Shown: positions 59,526 to 64,000 of the stretch, in pieces
How positions within the stretch are numbered: position 1 is the stretch's first letter
Layout of the letters: each line of letters opens with the position of its first letter
Notes under the pieces: model-generated
What the model was told of the DNA's origin: nothing
Database searches by the model: none
The model's input: only the letters and a program-made list of their open reading frames with translations
Made by a program: the position numbers and the translations under genes
NCBI GenBank assembly: GCA_964427405.1
Contig: CAYRUB010000002.1
Coordinates: forward strand, 68,741-132,740
Direction: 5' to 3'
Source of the DNA: an uncultured Planctomycetales bacterium
GTDB lineage: Bacteria > Omnitrophota > Gorgyraeia > Gygaellales > Profunditerraquicolaceae
Length of the DNA: 64,000 bases

Positions 59526-62063
59526 ATGCCGAGAGGAAAAGCAAAACAGAGCAAAGACATAAAAGTTGAGACATATACGCATAAAGGCAAGAAGCGCAGG
59601 AATAATCCCCACGTTGGCCTTGTCTCAAGCGCAACGGATAAATTAAACGGTCGGACGAAATATAAACACGATCCGTATATAGATCCTTATCTTAGCTGGG
59701 CTGGCAAGGCCGAGGGCATGAGTCTTGAAGTTCAGAATGTTAGTCTCCATATCCATGAGCGCATTGACTCCAAGCGCATCGTCAAAGCTTTTTTAAATAA
59801 AAAAGAACAGAAACAATTTCAGCTCGATTTGTTTGAACAGCCGGACAATGACCCTCCGTTAAACAAGGCCATTGACTTCTATAAACACGAGCAAGATTGG
59901 GCAAACCGACTAATCGCCGGTGATTCACTTTTGGTTATGAATTCTCTCCTCAAGAAAGAAGGAATGGCTGGCAAGGTCCAAATGGTCTACATCGACCCGC
60001 CGTATGGAATTAAATACAATTCCAATTTTCAGCCGTTTGTTGATGACACATCAATGAAGCAAGGCGATAAGGATGGTGATTTAGTTGTTGAGCCTGAAAT
60101 GATTCAGGCATTTAGAGACACATGGGAATTGGGTGTGCATTCATACTTAAACTATCTTCGAGATCGGATTCTATTGGCAAAAGATCTCCTCAGTAAATCT
60201 GGGAGTATTTTTGTTCAAATATCGGAGGAAAATGTTCACAGTGTAAGAGCTATCCTCGATGAATTATTTGGAGTCGAAAACTTTGTCAGCCAAATTAATA
60301 TTAAACGCGCATCGATGATGTTCGCAAAAAAGCTATTAAATAATGCGGTTTATTACGTGATATGGTACGCAAAAAATAAAGAAGAAGTTAGATATCACCA
60401 ATTATTTACCGACAAAGATGAGCAATGGTTTGCGGATTCTGCAGGCGCACATCTTAGGGCGGAAAATCCTGTGAATGGAGAAACCATCTTAGTTCCTGCA
60501 GATATGCGAAAGAATATGAAGGAGTTTAAGATAAAATACCCCGATTGGAAGTTATACAGATTGCTAGGGGTTAATGCTCAAGGTACAGAAAAAAGAGAGC
60601 CATTTGAATTTGATGGAAAAAGTTTTATCCCGCCAAGTGGTACTCAATGGAAATATTCATATGATGGCTTAAATATTCTAAAACAGAAAAACCGTCTTGA
60701 AATTGAGAAGAATAGTTTAGCATGCAAAGTTTATCTCTCAGATTATCCTGTAGAGTCTATAAATAGTTTGTGGGATGGAATTGGTGCGGCTGGGGATAAA
60801 ATTTATGTGGTTCAAACATCTGACGAAATAGTTAAAAGATGTCTTTTGATGACTACCGATCCCGGTGACCTTGTTTTTGATCCTACCTGCGGTTCTGGAA
60901 CAACAGCCTATGTTGCCGAGCAATGGGGACGACGCTGGATCACCTGTGATACTTCACGTGTTGCCGTTACTCTTGCCAAACAAAGATTAATGACTTCGAA
61001 ATATGATTATTACCAGTTAGCACATCCTACCGAGGGCATAAAGAGCGGATTTAAGTATAAAACCGTTCCTCATGTCACGCTTGGTTCAATCGCAAATAAT
61101 GAGCTACCCTCGCAAGAAACTCTCTATGATTCACCGCCTGTTGAGAAAGGCAAAGTACGAGTTACGGGACCATTTACTGTTGAAGCAGTGCCATCGCTTC
61201 GTGTGAAGCCATTTGACGGTAACGAGCCAAAGGTTGAAGCCACAAGCGAACAATTAGCACGCATGGGTGAAACCGGCAAGCAGGTTGAATGGCGTGATGA
61301 ATTAAAAACTACCGGGATTCGTGCGACTGGCGGCAAAGTCATACAATTCTCTCGCCTTGAGCCGATGGTTGCTACGAGATTCTTGCATGCCGAGGGCGAG
61401 ATCCTTGACGCTGGCGGTGAAAATAAACGAGCATATATCAGCTTTGGTTCAGATTTTGGCCCACTCGAGCAGAGGCAAGTTGAAGAAGCTATAAAAGAAG
61501 CGCGTTCTCTAAAAAATAAACCGCACTTTGTAATATTTGCCGCATTTCATTTTGACCCTGAAGCGGCCAAAGACATTGATCAGATAAACTGGCCGGGGGT
61601 AAAGATTCTTAAGGCACAGATGAGTGTTGATCTCTTGACTAAAGATCTACGCAAGAACCGGTCTTCTAGCCACAGCTATTGGCTTATCGGTCAGCCGGAT
61701 GTGGAAGTCACCAAGCATAAAGATGGAAACTACAAGGTAAGAGTAAATGGTTTTGATTATTACAATCCGCTTACTGGCGAAATTGAATCTAAAGGCACTA
61801 AGCACATTGCCATGTGGTTTTTAGATACCGACTATGACGAGAGGAGCCTTTATCCCGATCAGGTCTTTTTCCCTGAGAGCGATTCAAAGCGCGACTGGTC
61901 AAAATTGGCCAAGGCATTGAATGGCGAGGTTAATGAAGACCTTCTGGATAAATTCTCAGGCGTTGAATCTCTGCCATTCGCTGGTGGTGAAAATAAAAAG
62001 ATCGCGGTTAAGATTATCGATAACCGCGGGATTGAAGCCTTTGTAATTAAAAAACTGGATTAA
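59526..62063 (+). CDS. mod: Type III restriction-modification Mod subunit (beta-class N6-adenine DNA methyltransferase), unusually long
   Basis: Motif IV VYIDPPYGIKYN precedes motif I FDPTCGSGTTAYVA (beta-class order). 845-850 aa depending on the start (TTG at 59511 or ATG at 59526). res follows 2 nt later. Confidence 0.8.
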   Translation: MPRGKAKQSKDIKVETYTHKGKKRRNNPHVGLVSSATDKLNGRTKYKHDPYIDPYLSWAGKAEGMSLEVQNVSLHIHERIDSKRIVKAFLNKKEQKQFQLDLFEQPDNDPPLNKAIDFYKHEQDWANRLIAGDSLLVMNSLLKKEGMAGKVQMVYIDPPYGIKYNSNFQPFVDDTSMKQGDKDGDLVVEPEMIQAFRDTWELGVHSYLNYLRDRILLAKDLLSKSGSIFVQISEENVHSVRAILDELFGVENFVSQINIKRASMMFAKKLLNNAVYYVIWYAKNKEEVRYHQLFTDKDEQWFADSAGAHLRAENPVNGETILVPADMRKNMKEFKIKYPDWKLYRLLGVNAQGTEKREPFEFDGKSFIPPSGTQWKYSYDGLNILKQKNRLEIEKNSLACKVYLSDYPVESINSLWDGIGAAGDKIYVVQTSDEIVKRCLLMTTDPGDLVFDPTCGSGTTAYVAEQWGRRWITCDTSRVAVTLAKQRLMTSKYDYYQLAHPTEGIKSGFKYKTVPHVTLGSIANNELPSQETLYDSPPVEKGKVRVTGPFTVEAVPSLRVKPFDGNEPKVEATSEQLARMGETGKQVEWRDELKTTGIRATGGKVIQFSRLEPMVATRFLHAEGEILDAGGENKRAYISFGSDFGPLEQRQVEEAIKEARSLKNKPHFVIFAAFHFDPEAAKDIDQINWPGVKILKAQMSVDLLTKDLRKNRSSSHSYWLIGQPDVEVTKHKDGNYKVRVNGFDYYNPLTGEIESKGTKHIAMWFLDTDYDERSLYPDQVFFPESDSKRDWSKLAKALNGEVNEDLLDKFSGVESLPFAGGENKKIAVKIIDNRGIEAFVIKKLD

Positions 62064-62065
62064 CT

Positions 62066-64000
62066 ATGAGCCAAAAAGGTATTGATCGGTTAATTATAAG
62101 CAGTCCCTATGAAGAGCCCAAAGAGCATTGGCTGTATATTCGGGAAACACAGGAGTTTGTGCTTCAGCCCGGGCGTAGGCAATCTGGATATTGGCGTGCA
62201 ACCGCAAAGACAGCGCAGAACTTTGATGACCCGGGCGAATTTGTTTCGATAGAGTTGGTTAATAAAATTCGGCCAAGGGTCAAACAATGGAAAGAAAGCG
62301 GATATCCGAATGTAACTGGTGTTACGCAAAAACTGCTTCGTTTCTGGAATGACAGCGCCCAACGTAATCAACCTTTCTTTTGGTGCCAGTTAGAAGCGGT
62401 TGAGACGGCCATATGGTTGGCTGAGGCAAGCTCTGCCGAGAAACAAGGTATTGAGATTCCCAATGATGGGAGTGCGTGGGAGCGGCAATGCTTAAAGCTC
62501 GCCACAGGAACAGGAAAAACAGTTGTCATGGCCATGCTTATCGCGTGGCAGGCTTTGAATAAGATTGCAAACCCAAAAGATCAGAGATTTTCAAAGAACG
62601 TCCTTGTCATAGCGCCGGGTTTGACCGTTCGTGATAGATTACAGGTTCTTTTGCCAGAGAATAGCGAGAATTTTTATCAGCTCTTCTCTCTTATGGATTC
62701 AACCATGTGGCAAGAATTACTGCAAGCCAAGATCGTTGTGACCAATTGGCATACTCTGGCACCGATCAATGAGAATTACGGCCCAAAGGTTGTGAAGAAA
62801 GGCCCGGAAAGCGAAGAGGCTTTTTTCCGTAGGGTCATGCCTGACTTTGGAAACGCAGGCAATATTTTGATAATCAACGATGAGGCCCATCATTGTCATC
62901 GTCCATCGGCAGATGAAGACGAAGATGAGAAAGAAAAGGCCACGATTTGGGTGAGCGGTATTGACCGTATTCATACATCTCGGGGCGTTTTGAGGGCTTA
63001 TGATTTATCTGCTACGCCGTTTAAGCCAACGGGAAAAATTAATCAAGGCGAACAGCTTTTCACTTGGATCGTAAGCGATTTTGGGTTGAACGATGCTATT
63101 GAAAGTGGATTAGTAAAAACCCCTAAGGTCGCGGTGCGTGATGATTCCAATCTTGGCCCGGATTTAAAGTCAAAACTCTTTCATATCTACCCGGAAGTGC
63201 GGGAAGATCTCAATCGTAGAGCTGAACCGCACGAGGGCTTGCCTGATTTAGTGAGAAATGCTGTTAATATTTTGGGTGGCGATTGGTTGAAAGAAAAAGA
63301 AAGCTGGGCGAATCAAGAGCAACCTCGAGAAACTCCGCCGGTAATGATTATGATTTGTAATCGCACTGAAACAGCGGCGCGGCTGGAATATTCAATGGTG
63401 AACGGCTACTTTGCGGTTGATGAACTCGGCGAGAAGGACGCGCTGATTCGTATAGACCAAGACGCGCTGGATAAGATTGAATCCGATGAGGCAGAGCGCA
63501 TTAATGCTGATAAGTCTGGTAAGGAATTAGTTGAATCTCAGCGTGAGAAATTTAATACGGTAGGAAAAAAAGGAAAAGCCGGTGAACAGATTCAGTGCGT
63601 AATCGGCGTTAACATGCTCTCCGAAGGTTGGGACGCCCGGACAGTGACGCATATACTCGGGCTCCGTGCGTTTACGAGTCAGCTTTTGTGTGAACAGGTT
63701 ATCGGACGAGGCTTGCGCCGAATTTCATATGACGTGAATCCCGAGACGGGCTTGTATGAATCTGAATATGTCACAGTTTTTGGCGTACCTTTTACTTTCC
63801 TTCCGGCTGAACAACAAGAGGGGCCTCCTCGTGTAGAAAAGCCTAAGATAAAAATTGAGCCAGTTCAAGACCGCAAAGCACAAGAGATTGGTTGGCCGCA
63901 TGTGTTGCGGGTTGAGTATAAACTTAATTATTTTCTTGATTTAGACTGGGAAAAACTTGCGAAGTTAGTGTTATCCGCCGAAGATGCCCCTACTATTGTT
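62066..64000 (+). CDS. res: Type III restriction endonuclease Res subunit (SF2 helicase-nuclease), 3'-truncated by window end
   Basis: Manual translation of the open frame from the ATG at 62066. Walker A LATGTGKT, DEAH box INDEAHH, LSATP, and motif VI QVIGRGLRR. The ORF has no stop within the window, so it is absent from the ORF track. Confidence 0.8.
   Translation, partial: MSQKGIDRLIISSPYEEPKEHWLYIRETQEFVLQPGRRQSGYWRATAKTAQNFDDPGEFVSIELVNKIRPRVKQWKESGYPNVTGVTQKLLRFWNDSAQRNQPFFWCQLEAVETAIWLAEASSAEKQGIEIPNDGSAWERQCLKLATGTGKTVVMAMLIAWQALNKIANPKDQRFSKNVLVIAPGLTVRDRLQVLLPENSENFYQLFSLMDSTMWQELLQAKIVVTNWHTLAPINENYGPKVVKKGPESEEAFFRRVMPDFGNAGNILIINDEAHHCHRPSADEDEDEKEKATIWVSGIDRIHTSRGVLRAYDLSATPFKPTGKINQGEQLFTWIVSDFGLNDAIESGLVKTPKVAVRDDSNLGPDLKSKLFHIYPEVREDLNRRAEPHEGLPDLVRNAVNILGGDWLKEKESWANQEQPRETPPVMIMICNRTETAARLEYSMVNGYFAVDELGEKDALIRIDQDALDKIESDEAERINADKSGKELVESQREKFNTVGKKGKAGEQIQCVIGVNMLSEGWDARTVTHILGLRAFTSQLLCEQVIGRGLRRISYDVNPETGLYESEYVTVFGVPFTFLPAEQQEGPPRVEKPKIKIEPVQDRKAQEIGWPHVLRVEYKLNYFLDLDWEKLAKLVLSAEDAPTIV

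Overview
The window is a 64 kb chromosomal segment from an AT-rich diderm bacterium (lipid A, BamA and Skp genes are present). Genes are tightly packed, with many ATGA/TAATG start-stop overlaps, and almost all lie on the + strand. The only long minus-strand run is a six-gene sugar-modification operon at 16.9-23.3 kb.

Features, from start to end:
- 1-6200: a partial MFS transporter, then a complete Rnf complex in the order rnfC-G-D-E-A-B, then purN.
- 6200-12300: a lipoprotein and ftsH on the minus strand, eno, ftsB, an initiator tRNA-fMet, and an NlpC/P60 lipoprotein.
- 12400-17400: a standalone PilZ protein, a DUF2062 protein, a GNAT acetyltransferase, and an 887-aa phosphorylase-like protein.
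- 16900-25250: an Arn-like amino-sugar/lipid-carrier cluster on the minus strand (epimerase/dehydratase, DegT aminotransferase, GT2 polyprenyl-P sugar transferase, two B12-binding radical SAM enzymes, a class I SAM methyltransferase). A DUF1736-type GT-C glycosyltransferase with TPR repeats is divergently encoded beside it.
- 25300-30700: hisG, an unannotated 36-aa bS22-like basic protein, a TPR protein, split transketolase, ispE, a SpoVG carrying a zinc-ribbon insertion, and tRNA-Gln.
- 30700-37400: glmU, prs, rplY, pth, rpsF, ssb, rpsR, rplI and dnaB.
- 37400-44400: bamA, skp, and lpxD, a fused lpxC-fabZ, lpxA and lpxI.
- 44500-48050: a CBM48 protein, a small radical SAM protein, tRNA-Arg, a DUF192 protein, VanZ, a MORN-repeat protein and tRNA-Lys.
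- 48100-53620: one operon encoding a cytoplasmic histidine kinase (PAS-HisKA-HATPase fused to a degenerate GGDEF and a PilZ domain), a CheY-like regulator, archease, RtcB and SerS.
- 54300-64000: a mobile/defense-rich region. Three tRNA-Ser isoacceptors (TGA, CGA, GGA) alternate with a free-standing double-motif LAGLIDADG endonuclease and a secreted PLD/Nuc-like HKD protein. A large serine recombinase follows; it is bracketed by perfect 91-bp inverted repeats, one of which starts inside the 3' end of tRNA-Ser(GGA). Next come a GC-rich foreign-looking patch carrying a 17-bp perfect palindrome, an XRE regulator, and a Type III restriction-modification system (an 850-aa Mod, and a Res that runs off the window).

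No CRISPR array and no rRNA were seen. The most promising candidates for a novel system are the HK(GGDEF*-PilZ)-RR-archease-RtcB module, the Arn-like cluster with its two B12-radical SAM enzymes, and the tRNA-Ser / homing-endonuclease / PLD / inverted-repeat recombinase / Type III RM island.
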